From an uncultured delta proteobacterium (GTDB taxonomy: Bacteria; Desulfobacterota; Desulfobacteria; Desulfobacterales; Desulfosalsimonadaceae): a stretch of 64,000 nucleotides of DNA. The stretch spans positions 640,001-704,000 of the forward strand of contig CAWGYD010000001.1 of assembly GCA_963826785.1 (NCBI GenBank), given 5' to 3'. How positions within the stretch are numbered: the first letter of the stretch is position 1; every line of letters begins with the position of its first letter. The notes under the pieces are model-generated. The model saw only the letters and a program-made list of their open reading frames with translations, did not search any database and was not told the DNA's origin. Made by a program: the position numbers and the translations under genes. Below are positions 51,342 through 60,897 of this stretch, piece after piece.

Positions 51342-52317
51342 TCACAGGTCGATCCAAAACCCCCAGGCGATATAGGTTTCATCATACTGGAAGAATTCGC
51401 CCAGCACGGAGCGGCCGTCCCGGTATTCCACGCCCAGGCGGTAGGTTCTTGACGAATCCGGAAGGGCCATGACCAGTCCGGTCTGGACCGTGATGTCCGG
51501 CTCCCAGTCTTCTTCCTGGTAAGCGGTCAGGTTGAGCGCCGCGTAATAGCCGGCGTGCCCGTGGAAAAACCGCGTTTGATCTTCGAATTCCAGGCCTCCC
51601 TGCAGCCGCCACAGGTCCTGGATCGCCTCGTTTCGCAGGTCGAATGCGTATCCGCCCTCCCCGTAGACCCTCAATCCCGCCGGCAATAATTGCGATATTC
51701 CCAAAAGATATTCCTGCCGGGTATAGTTGAGCCGCTCCCGGCCGGTGCGTTCGATGAATTCATCCCCCAGGTGGCTGGAATCATGATCGAACCCGAAGCG
51801 CAGGGCCAGCCCGCGCCCGTTCGCCCAGGCGATGTTGAGGCCGTAAATGCCGTCCCACCCCATGTTGTCCAGTGAATTGGACCGGTCGAACATGCCCAGG
51901 AAGGCGCCTTCGATATTGAGCTGAAATCCGCTGTCCGGATGGGCTGCGGGAAAGAGACGAAACAGGCCCAGCCGTCCGCCCATGCGAATGATAAAACGAT
52001 CTTTTCCGCTGTCGGGGATTTCGCTTTCGGAAAAATGGGTCACGGTAAAAGACGTGGCGGGCCTGAGCGGGTCTGCGATATATGCGGGGTAGAGATCGCA
52101 TTCCGGGCTGAACAGCCCCTGATACCTGCCGGCGATATGAAAGGAACGGTCGTTTGAAACCGGGTCTTGATCTTGTGCTTGGGAGGCGGCCCGGGCGGGA
52201 AATGATCCCGTGATTGTTTTCAGCTGCCGCAGGTAATGCCAAAGCGACGAAAATGAATCCGATCATCAGCCAGATGAGCGGCAGGAATGCAAACCGGTTT
52301 CTTTTGGGTATCGCCAT
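51342..52317 (-). pseudogene. DUF1207 family protein, copy 2; signal peptide separated from the body by a +1 frameshift (probably near 52217-52220)
   Basis: Signal peptide MAIPKR..ALPAAAE in one frame; LYPAYIADPLRP and HDSSHLGDE in the next frame, which has no ATG/GTG/TTG start until 52043. Confidence 0.75.
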
Positions 52318-52506
52318 ACAAGATCCTGATTATGATGCCAGCGGGTTTTAAATAGATATTAACCACTCATTATGGTTTCACCATGATTTAGACTGCCGGA
52401 GCGGCCTGCCCCCACCATATTTTTCAATTGAATTTTTTGAAAATTCAATCTATTTTGAGTGATGTCGACCCGAATCGGGCCGGTTGTGCCCTCATTTTTT
52501 GGAAAG

Positions 52507-52689
52507 AAAAAAGGCTTTTTCTGGTTATCCCGAAAAATCCAGTAATCGTTTTCTCCCCCTTTGAAAAGGGGGGCGGGGGGGATTTCTCCCGGGAGGCGCC
52601 AAATCCCCCTAAATCCCCCTTTTCCAAAGGGGGACTTTGAATCCGGAATTCTAACTGAAGTATTCCGGATAACCAGAAAGGCTTTTTTT
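52507..52689. repeat. nested inverted-repeat element (REP doublet inside an outer inverted repeat; MITE-like)
   Basis: Outer tttctggttatcc / ggataaccagaaa; inner inverted pair of aaatccccc..ccccctttt..aaaggggga units. Confidence 0.75.
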
Positions 52690-52748
52690 GCAGATGATGA
52701 CCAACCCTCAAAAGCCGCCTCCAAATGACCTTTCCAAAGGAGAAATCC

Positions 52749-53921
52749 ATGAAAATCCAATGCCTTCATTGCAAAACCGTATATAATATCGATGAGGCGA
52801 AGATTCCCGCCGGCGGGGCCCGCATCAAATGCAAAAAATGCGAACAGAAAATCCATATTCCCCCGGCTCAGCCTGCGGCGCCAAAACCGCCTCAGGCGCA
52901 GGCATTCCCGCAGCATCCCCCCGAAATCGATGCGGCCCGCGGGCAGATGGCTGGAAACAATGAGGCAGCAGCGGTAAAAATTCTTTATGAGGGCATCATC
53001 CGGTATGTGGACGAAAATCAATTCCATCAAGCCGAGCAGCTTCGCGATGAGCTCATGGATTCGGCCCCCATGGCGATAACAGAGATCGTGGGTTCGGCTG
53101 AAATCATCGAATCCAGAAAAAAAGCGGTCATGGATCCAAGCCGTCTCTCCCGCTGGAATGATTTGTTTGCCGCCCTGTCTGACAGCGAGAGTGCCGCATT
53201 TTACTTTGCGCTGACCGATACGGATGTCCATGCCGGAGACCGGATCTTTGAACAGGGGCAGATGGATCAGCGGCTCTACCTGATCCAGTCGGGCAAATTC
53301 CAGCTGAGCTATTACGACCATCAGAATGAACAGAGAAATGATTATGCGGTACTTGAAGCCGGCGACATCGCGGGTGCGGATTCATTTTTCCAGTACACCA
53401 ACCATACCGTATCTCTCGCCGCGCTGGAAAACGGCCAGGTCAGTTATCTGGACAAACCGTCTCTGGAAAGAATTCTTACGGATAACCCGGCGCTCGAGTC
53501 CAAGCTTTCCGCATACTGCCTTAAAAAGGCAAATCGCATCCAGATGTCAAGTGCCAACGGGGCGGGCCGGCGCGCTTACCGGAGGTATGAATGCAACCTG
53601 AAAGGAAGCTTCCAGGTGATGGACGGCAAAGGCGACAAGAGCGTAAAAGCCACGCCCATGCTCATAACGGACATATCCCAGGGGGGAATATGCTGCATGG
53701 TGCAGAATCTGAAAAAGCAGCAGGCCGATCTTCTCCTGGGCAGTTCGATTCACGTTCATGCTGCCATTTCAGGCGGCAAGACGAACCGGGAATTCAACCA
53801 GGCCGCCAAAGTGGTTTCCGTCCGGATACTGCCCTTCGAGGAGTGCACCGTCCATGCGCATTTTACGAAAACCCTGGATGAAGACCTGGTCCTTGAAATG
53901 TCGGGCCACCAGCGGAATTGA
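52749..53921 (+). CDS. zinc-ribbon (MJ0042-like) + cyclic nucleotide-binding + PilZ domain protein
   Basis: CLHC..KCKKC; AGDRIFEQG..LYLIQSG..GDIAG; RRAYRR and DISQGG; AAGGAG Shine-Dalgarno. Confidence 0.8.
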   Translation: MKIQCLHCKTVYNIDEAKIPAGGARIKCKKCEQKIHIPPAQPAAPKPPQAQAFPQHPPEIDAARGQMAGNNEAAAVKILYEGIIRYVDENQFHQAEQLRDELMDSAPMAITEIVGSAEIIESRKKAVMDPSRLSRWNDLFAALSDSESAAFYFALTDTDVHAGDRIFEQGQMDQRLYLIQSGKFQLSYYDHQNEQRNDYAVLEAGDIAGADSFFQYTNHTVSLAALENGQVSYLDKPSLERILTDNPALESKLSAYCLKKANRIQMSSANGAGRRAYRRYECNLKGSFQVMDGKGDKSVKATPMLITDISQGGICCMVQNLKKQQADLLLGSSIHVHAAISGGKTNREFNQAAKVVSVRILPFEECTVHAHFTKTLDEDLVLEMSGHQRN

Positions 53922-53987
53922 AATGCATATAGGCCTCATGATGGCATGTGGTGGGATGATTTAAACAATCAACGGGGAGAAAAAAAC

Positions 53988-54275
53988 ATGTCTGAAAAAA
54001 AGGATTTTATCGAAAAGCAAAAAGCGCTGTTGACTGAATGGAGCGGCCAGATCGAGCAGTTGAAGAAAAACGCCAAAAAGACCCAGGTGGATGCCAGCGT
54101 CAAGGTGGAAAACTATATCGATGATCTCAAGGAGAAACTCGACGATGTCCGGTTCCGGCTGGAAGACCTGCGAAAGGCGGCCGATGACAACTGGGGGCAC
54201 CTGAGGACCAACCTGGAAGGTTCATGGAAGGATATCCGGGACGCCTTTGACAAAGTGAAGTCGCGATTTTCTTAA
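53988..54275 (+). CDS. small coiled-coil protein (Sll1863-like)
   Basis: K..L.EW...I..LK..A..W..L...LE..W..I..AF pattern; GGGGAG upstream. Confidence 0.75.
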   Translation: MSEKKDFIEKQKALLTEWSGQIEQLKKNAKKTQVDASVKVENYIDDLKEKLDDVRFRLEDLRKAADDNWGHLRTNLEGSWKDIRDAFDKVKSRFS

Positions 54276-54283
54276 AAACCGGT

Positions 54284-54655
54284 TCAATTTTCCAGCAGGT
54301 GGAATTTTAGCATCCCATCGATGGTTTTGGATTGGATCAGCCCGGATTCCCAGCGCATGATCTGCCCGGCATCCACCGCCAGTCGTTCGGCCAGCTGTTG
54401 CTGCGTCCATCCCCTGGACCGGCGCAGCGACCGGATCATCTCCCCGGTCAAAAGATTCCGGTTCTTCCGGTAGGCGTCTGCAATGGCCCGCTGAATCGCA
54501 CCGGCCGAGGCGATGGTGCCGGCTTCCAGTCCGCATTTAGTGCAGACATAGGCTTCGGTCTCATAGGTGACGGCAACCCCTCTGAACCGGGTCTCTTTTC
54601 TGATTTTGCGCAGCTTCATCTGGGCGTGGCATCCGGGGCAGTGGCGAATGTTCAT
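54284..54655 (-). CDS. MqsA-family antitoxin (Zn finger + XRE HTH)
   Basis: CPGC..CTKCG, LLTG..IR.LR...GWTQQQLA..L..RWE.G. Confidence 0.85.
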   Translation of the reverse strand: MNIRHCPGCHAQMKLRKIRKETRFRGVAVTYETEAYVCTKCGLEAGTIASAGAIQRAIADAYRKNRNLLTGEMIRSLRRSRGWTQQQLAERLAVDAGQIMRWESGLIQSKTIDGMLKFHLLEN

Positions 54656-55026
54656 GCCGCCTCCGACCCGGCGCGGTCCCGGTGAAAGGAAACCAGCCAG
54701 AACATCTCGTCCGCGTAGCAGAATTTGAGGTAGATGTCCGCGTCCAGCCGGGGAAGCGCAACCCGGAACGCAAACAGTTCAAGACCCGCGATTTCGGGTT
54801 CATAGCTGCGCTGGGGCGGACTCTGTCCGGCATAGTGGCCGGGCGTCAGCACGTCCAGGCACTCCGGAAGCAGCGACACCAGTTCGCCGTCGATGACGTA
54901 GTCGAGTTCGATGGCGTCGCAGGCCATGGCCGTCTGGTGCAGCAGGGCGATCCGATTGTCTTTTACCGCATCTTTTACCGCCCTGATTTTTTTAAACAGT
55001 TCATTCGGGGTCGGCCTGACCGTCAT
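54652..55026 (-). CDS. MqsR-like type II toxin
   Basis: C-terminal IYLKF..VSFH signature; ATGA overlap with the antitoxin; GGAGG Shine-Dalgarno. Confidence 0.7.
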   Translation of the reverse strand: MTVRPTPNELFKKIRAVKDAVKDNRIALLHQTAMACDAIELDYVIDGELVSLLPECLDVLTPGHYAGQSPPQRSYEPEIAGLELFAFRVALPRLDADIYLKFCYADEMFWLVSFHRDRAGSEAA

Positions 55027-55150
55027 TTATTCCTCCTGTAGGTTTATCCGATCATACCCGATTTATCCGAACCGCACAAGTTCTGTATAAAACCTTTTCC
55101 CGGCGTAAAGGCCGCTGATACACCATCTTTATCTCATTTGCACCTATGAT

Positions 55151-55180
55151 TTGACAGGCCTGAGCGTTATGCGCTATTTT
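55151..55180 (+). promoter_or_regulatory. putative sigma70 promoter
   Basis: TTGACA-18 nt-TATTTT upstream of the 55267 gene. Confidence 0.4.
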
Positions 55181-55266
55181 AACCTGTCTGATGATATATC
55201 TTATCGTGATTCCGATAAAATTTGCTCAGTGAAGTTATCTGTTCATCATCATTAGGGAGATTAAAA

Positions 55267-56235
55267 ATGGAAGCAAAAGAAGCAGTGAACAAAAAACCGC
55301 TCTGGTTGTCAATTGAAGAAAAATTACTGGAACTCGATTCGCCGACGCTCTCAGGGGCGGACCTGGAGGCGGCCGTTCACAGGGTAGCCGGCGAACTCGA
55401 CAATTCCGGTTACAACGTTTCGCGTCATGGCGGCCACCTGCTTGAACTGAGGTGGGCAATCGATGATATGCGCAAAGTCGGAAGGCCCCTTTTGAAGGAC
55501 TTCAATGACGCGGTCGCGGCGCTTTCACTTGAAGACATCGAAAATCCATTTTCGGTGGCGGATAGGCTTATCGGAGACATGGGGGAAACATGGCCTGACA
55601 TTAAAAAATCAGAGCGCAGGGGGGAAATCATAAGAATCCTGGAAGCGACCCGGCTCGATCTGCTCATTGCCAAGGCGAAAGCGCTGCCTGATGACAAGGG
55701 GGTCCGGTTGCTCATCGAGGAAGAAGTGGCGCCCGACGTGATCATCGAGCGGTTGGACATCACCAAAGAAATGCTGGATCAAGTAAATGCCCGGATTAAA
55801 CAGGAACGCGCAGAAAGGGCAAGAGTGGCCACGCTGCTCGAGGCGGTTCAGGACAAACCCGACCCGGAAAAAATCAAATACCTCATGACGAATAATGTCT
55901 CTGAAGAACTGATCATCGAAATGGCCGGAGTTGATTCGGCAGCCATCGATGGCGCCAAGCAGGCCATGGAAGCGGAACTAAAGGAAAAACAGCGGCTGGA
56001 AGAAGAAGCGGCCGCACGGAAAAAAGAAGAGGCTGCAGGCCCTCCGCTGGAAAAGATTCCGCCTGACCAAATGCTGGAATACATCGAAGCCATTCGCGAA
56101 ATCCTTGAATTCAGCGATCAGGAAAAAGATATCCGGGTGATGTGCGAGCAGAGTTCCATTCCCAAGTCGCTTGTAGACGTTGCCGTTTCTGATCCAAAGC
56201 GATTGGATGAACTCGAAAAACAGGCGGAAGCATAG
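55267..56235 (+). CDS. hypothetical acidic helical protein with an internal repeat
   Basis: Long ORF with GGGAG upstream of the ATG; no catalytic motif recognised. Confidence 0.8.
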   Translation: MEAKEAVNKKPLWLSIEEKLLELDSPTLSGADLEAAVHRVAGELDNSGYNVSRHGGHLLELRWAIDDMRKVGRPLLKDFNDAVAALSLEDIENPFSVADRLIGDMGETWPDIKKSERRGEIIRILEATRLDLLIAKAKALPDDKGVRLLIEEEVAPDVIIERLDITKEMLDQVNARIKQERAERARVATLLEAVQDKPDPEKIKYLMTNNVSEELIIEMAGVDSAAIDGAKQAMEAELKEKQRLEEEAAARKKEEAAGPPLEKIPPDQMLEYIEAIREILEFSDQEKDIRVMCEQSSIPKSLVDVAVSDPKRLDELEKQAEA

Positions 56236-56451
56236 CAGATCGTCTCGGTAGATGTTTTTTCTCCAATCACGAGGGCAAGAATCTGGGATCGGCGAGTGCA
56301 GAGACCTTTTGAATATTGCGGGGGAAACGGGAAATCCACCGGCCATATGGGGTACCCGTCAAATGGTTTGAATTCAGATAGCATTTACAGATCCCAGAGT
56401 TTTGCTCGCCGCCGCTGCCTTCACCGTGCGAACCGGCTCAGCCGGCGGCCT

Positions 56452-59247
56452 TCAGGGATCCTTCCGGTATTTGCCCTGTCCGGCCATGCCGTAAATGGCC
56501 TTCATTAATTCATCAGAAGAAGCTGTTTTGGTCACGAAGGCTTCGGCCCCCGCATCCTTCATCTTCCGGGCGATGTCTTCATCTTCTAACATCGACAGGC
56601 CGATGACCCGCACATCAGGCAGTTCGGCCTTGATTTGCCGGGTGGCTTCCAGGCCATCCATCCCGGGCATGGAAATATCCATCAGCACCAGGCTGGGCCT
56701 GAGCTGCCGTGCCAGGTCCAATGCTTCTTTTCCGTTAGACGCCTCGCCAACCACCGATATGCCCGGCTGATCGGAGATGAGACCGATGAGCCCCTGGCGC
56801 ATGACCTTGTGGTCATCGGCCAGCAGCAGGCGGATTTCACTGCCGGCCGGTGCATCCGGAACACCCGCTTTTATCTTCTGCATGAGGGCGTGCCGCTCAA
56901 TTTCAACATCGGAGTTTGGCAATGCGGGTATTTCGGGCAGGCTTACCGGAACCGTCAGGGCGAAGCGGCTTCCCTGCCCGGGTGCGCTCTCGATGTGCAG
57001 GTCGCCCCCGATGGCATTGGCCCGCTCCCTTAGACTTACCAGGCCTAACCCTGATTTGACGCTCTGGGAAAGGGCTTCCGGGTGAAAGCCGATCCCCTGG
57101 TCGCTGATGACGACAAATATGTTTTTGTCGTTGCTTGACAGGGTTACCCGGGCGCTTTTCACCCCGGCATGTTTGACAACATTGAAAAGAAGTTCCTGGA
57201 CTGCCCGAAACAGGAAAACCTTCAGGGGGGTATCCTCGAGTTGCTGCTTTGTCTCCGTTTTCAGCTGCACCTTCAATCCGAAGTGCGCGTTCATATGTCT
57301 GATCAGCCAGTCTACGGCAGTGACCAGGCCAAACTGGTGAAGCACAGGCGGGCTCAGTTCATGTGACAGACCCCTCGATTTTTCAATCGATTCTCCAAGC
57401 AGCCGTTCCACATTCCGGATAATCCCGGCAGGGTTCGATCTCTGGGAGGCCGCCTGCAGTTGCAGGCGGGCACTGGCCAGTAGCTGCTGCAGATCATCAT
57501 GCAAAAGCGCTGCGATCCGCTGACGTTCCTTCTCCTCCGTCTCAATCAGATCCACCGCCAATAATTGAAGCTGCTTCGCCCGTTTTTCGGCCAGCGCCGT
57601 ACGCTCGGCAACCTGCTCCTCCAGGTGTTCATTCAGATACCGCATGCCGGACAAGGCCTCTTCCAATCTGGCCCGGCTTTCCTTCAAGGCGATTTCGGCA
57701 CTCTTGCGCTTTGTGATGTCCTGGGTCACGCCGACAATGCGGACGGGATTGCCGGTCGTATCTCTAATCGGTACACCGGCGGAGAAGACCCATGTCTCAG
57801 TTGCCGAGGCGGAAATCGCAAGGCGGTACTCTATTTTAAATTCCCTGCTGCCCTCTACTGCCTGATCAAATTTGAGCTTTGCGGTTGAAATATCATCCGC
57901 ATGGATTCCCGCCCAGATTTCCGCCAATGTTTTCGGCAAAGGAAAAGCAATACGGCTTTGGGCATTCTCGGACCACTTCACCCTTTCGGTGTTCAGGTCG
58001 ATTTCCCAGGCGTACATATCCGCGGATTGCGTGGCGATGCGCAGGCGTTCTTCGGATTCGTAGAGGACCTTTTCCGTTTGTTTGCGCTGGGTGATGTCCC
58101 GCATGATGACAAAGGATCGAACCGGCTCATCGGCCATGATGACCGAATCGACCTCAACCGGGAAATGTTCTCCGCCTTTGCGGATCGCCGTGAGTTCCCG
58201 CGCATGAATACGTCCCGTCCGCATCCGCTCTTCAAGGGCGGCCGCCAGCCGGGGATCGTTTGCATCAAGAATGCCGAAACGGCCTCTTTCTATGAGTTCT
58301 TGTTCCGAATAGCCCAGCATGGCGCATGCGGCCGGGTTGGCGGCGATAATGGATCCCTCCGGATAGGTAAGCAAGACGGCATCCGGGCTGTTTTCGAAAA
58401 GAGACCGGTACTTTTGCTCGCTTTCCCTCAGCGCATCCTCGACTCTTTTGCGCTCGGTGATGTCCATCACGGTAAAGGTGACGCCGGCGGCAAGGTCATC
58501 GGGATCAAGCGGTGTCGAACTTAACAGTACAACGATTTTTCTGCCGTTTTTACACTTGAAGGGGACCTCCACGGTTCCCGTCCCGACCATTTTGATCTGC
58601 CGGTACTTTTCCCTGCCGACATATTCAAAATCGTCGTCCGTCGGGTACAGCATCCTTGCGCTGCTGCCGATAAGTTCATCCCTTGCATAACCGGTTATCT
58701 GACACAGGCGGTCGTTTACGTCCTGGATGATCCGGTCGCTCAGAACGCCGATGCCGATGGGCGCCGCCCGGAAGATGCTCCTGGTCTTGGCTTCGCTCTC
58801 CTGCAGGGCGGTTTCGGCAACCTTGCGGTCGTGAATATCGATGTTCATTCCCACCCATTTTCTGACGGAACCGTCGGGATAAAACAGCGGCGCGGCCCGC
58901 ACAAGGGTCCAGCGCCAGCTGCCGTCCGACCGGTGCAGGCGGAAAATGTCGCTGAATAGTAATTTGCTCAAAACCGCTTCCCGCCAATGCCGCCCGGCCG
59001 ATTCCCGGTCCTCCGGATGGATCGCATTCAACCAGCCATCCGCCTCCATGATTTCATCGACGCTCTGGCCGGTAAAGGCGCGCCAGCTTTCAGAATCCGA
59101 AACGGTCATGCCCTCCGCATTCGCCTCCCACACCGCCTGCGCCCATGGCTCGACCAGGGTGCGGAATTTTTCTTCATCTTCCGAGAGCTTTCGGATTAGA
59201 TTTTTTCGGGTGTTACGATTATCGGGGGCATATTGTGGATCAGCCAT
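56452..59247 (-). CDS. cytoplasmic multi-PAS hybrid histidine kinase (HisKA_3/NarX-type core) with a C-terminal NarL-type receiver
   Basis: Four PAS/PAC units (DIHDRK, DITERK, DITQRK, DITKRK), ERQRIA..LHD, QE...[27 protein letters not shown]. Confidence 0.92.
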   Translation of the reverse strand: MADPQYAPDNRNTRKNLIRKLSEDEEKFRTLVEPWAQAVWEANAEGMTVSDSESWRAFTGQSVDEIMEADGWLNAIHPEDRESAGRHWREAVLSKLLFSDIFRLHRSDGSWRWTLVRAAPLFYPDGSVRKWVGMNIDIHDRKVAETALQESEAKTRSIFRAAPIGIGVLSDRIIQDVNDRLCQITGYARDELIGSSARMLYPTDDDFEYVGREKYRQIKMVGTGTVEVPFKCKNGRKIVVLLSSTPLDPDDLAAGVTFTVMDITERKRVEDALRESEQKYRSLFENSPDAVLLTYPEGSIIAANPAACAMLGYSEQELIERGRFGILDANDPRLAAALEERMRTGRIHARELTAIRKGGEHFPVEVDSVIMADEPVRSFVIMRDITQRKQTEKVLYESEERLRIATQSADMYAWEIDLNTERVKWSENAQSRIAFPLPKTLAEIWAGIHADDISTAKLKFDQAVEGSREFKIEYRLAISASATETWVFSAGVPIRDTTGNPVRIVGVTQDITKRKSAEIALKESRARLEEALSGMRYLNEHLEEQVAERTALAEKRAKQLQLLAVDLIETEEKERQRIAALLHDDLQQLLASARLQLQAASQRSNPAGIIRNVERLLGESIEKSRGLSHELSPPVLHQFGLVTAVDWLIRHMNAHFGLKVQLKTETKQQLEDTPLKVFLFRAVQELLFNVVKHAGVKSARVTLSSNDKNIFVVISDQGIGFHPEALSQSVKSGLGLVSLRERANAIGGDLHIESAPGQGSRFALTVPVSLPEIPALPNSDVEIERHALMQKIKAGVPDAPAGSEIRLLLADDHKVMRQGLIGLISDQPGISVVGEASNGKEALDLARQLRPSLVLMDISMPGMDGLEATRQIKAELPDVRVIGLSMLEDEDIARKMKDAGAEAFVTKTASSDELMKAIYGMAGQGKYRKDP

Positions 59248-59469
59248 GGTTCACCTCTGGAGTGGTGTGCTTCCATCCAAACCTGCTGACAAAGGGGAGC
59301 TTAAGATATTACAATATAATGTGAAAATAACCCACCGGCAAGTTAAACCGAACAATCCGTGCTGTTTAAAAATGACGATGGCGGGAACCTGCGCCGATGC
59401 ACCGGTCATTGCGGCAGGAAAAAGCAAAGCGGGGGGCGCCTTAAAAATTCCCGCCGGACAAAACGGGCA

Positions 59470-60897
59470 TTACAGCGGCAGGGTGAAAACCGCCCGCACG
59501 CCGCCCCCGGTGCGATTTTCCAGCCGGATGGCGCCGTTGTGGAGCAGGGCGACTTCCTTGACGAAATTGAGCCCCAGTCCGGTGCTTTTTTTCCCGCTGC
59601 CGGGCCGCTGCAGGGAAAAGAACTTGTCGAAGATCTTTTCCTGCGCATAGGCGGGGATTCCGGGGCCGGTGTCCGTGATGATGAATTGAAGGTATCTGCC
59701 GTCAGGAACGATTTCAACGCCGATTTCGCTTTGGGGTTCGGAAAAATCAATGGCGTTCTGGATGAGATTGGAAAGGGACTGGTGGAGCAAAAAAGTGTCC
59801 CCCTTCACCCGGGCGGATCCGGGATCGCAGATGCTCACCTCGATTCTTTTCTGGTCCAGAGTGGTTCTTTTCCCCTCGATGATGGTATGGACCAGGGTGC
59901 CGGCGGAAGTGGTCTCGATCCGCTGCAGGTTTTTCATTCCCTCCACGGCTGACAGCGCCAGCATCCGGTCGATCATCTCCTGTATCCGCCCCGCTTCCTG
60001 CCGGATATTGGACAGAAACCGCTGCCGCTGGGGCGCTTCCATTTCTTCTCCCAGCAGTTCGGCGGCCCCCCGGATGGCGGACAGGGGGCTCTTGATCTCA
60101 TGGGTGAGCTTCTGGACGTACTGCTCGGCATACTTTTTTCCTTCCAGGGCCTCTCTCATCTTTTCAAAGGCGGCCCCCATCTCCCCGATTTCGGTGCGGT
60201 CCAGTTTGGGGAGCTTCACCCGCCGTCCCTGGCGGATGTCATCGGCGTACCGGGTCAGGCGCTTGATGGGCCGGGCGATCCAGGCGGATACCAGCAGGCT
60301 CAGGAAAACGGCTGCGGCAAGCGACAGGATGCCTACTTTGAAAATCTCGGGTTTGGCGTCTCTGACAAACGCATTGATGGCCGAGGAGGGTTTGGCCACG
60401 GCGAGCACCCCGGCGATATCGCCGTTTATCCGGATGGGGGCGGCCACATAGAGGACGGATGAGGTCGGGTCGGCCTCGTCCCTGCGGGTGGTGCGGGCGC
60501 CGTATTTTCCTTCCAGGGTCAGCGAGACATCCCGCCACTGGGAGTAGTCCGTTCCCGGAATATCCCTTTTTTCCGAATCGAAAACCAGTTTCCCGTCCCG
60601 ATCGGTGATGTAGACCCGCATGTCCACGTACTGTTTTACAAACCGGTAGATTCGGGCGGAAAAAATCCGGCCGTAGGCGTCGCTGAATGCATTTTCCATG
60701 GCATCCGGATCGAACTGTCCCGCTGTCATCTGGGCGCCCACCATTGCCGCCAGAATATTGGCCTGGTCCACCAGGGGGTCTTCCACCCCTTCCAGGTAGC
60801 GGTTGCGCAGGTTCTCCACCACCCAGTTGATGGGATAGGCGAAACAGATGGAAAAAACGATCAGATAGCAGCCGAATATGCGGGCGCCGAGTTTCAC
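59470..60897 (-). CDS. creC: two-component sensor histidine kinase CreC
   Basis: VEDPLVDQANILA, RVYITD, DYSQWRDV.LTL.G.YGAR.TR, LEGKKY.EQYVQ.LTHEIKSPL. Confidence 0.92.
   Translation of the reverse strand: MKLGARIFGCYLIVFSICFAYPINWVVENLRNRYLEGVEDPLVDQANILAAMVGAQMTAGQFDPDAMENAFSDAYGRIFSARIYRFVKQYVDMRVYITDRDGKLVFDSEKRDIPGTDYSQWRDVSLTLEGKYGARTTRRDEADPTSSVLYVAAPIRINGDIAGVLAVAKPSSAINAFVRDAKPEIFKVGILSLAAAVFLSLLVSAWIARPIKRLTRYADDIRQGRRVKLPKLDRTEIGEMGAAFEKMREALEGKKYAEQYVQKLTHEIKSPLSAIRGAAELLGEEMEAPQRQRFLSNIRQEAGRIQEMIDRMLALSAVEGMKNLQRIETTSAGTLVHTIIEGKRTTLDQKRIEVSICDPGSARVKGDTFLLHQSLSNLIQNAIDFSEPQSEIGVEIVPDGRYLQFIITDTGPGIPAYAQEKIFDKFFSLQRPGSGKKSTGLGLNFVKEVALLHNGAIRLENRTGGGVRAVFTLPL

Noticed and set aside
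52359..53321. ORFs running through the 52.5 kb palindrome (e.g. SPFEKGG, PPLEKGDLGG peptides)
   Set aside because: Translations of the repeat and antisense to the PilZ gene; not credible proteins
56273..56407. 6S RNA
   Set aside because: Shorter than typical, not in the usual zapA/ygfA context, and no clear central bubble with conserved segments
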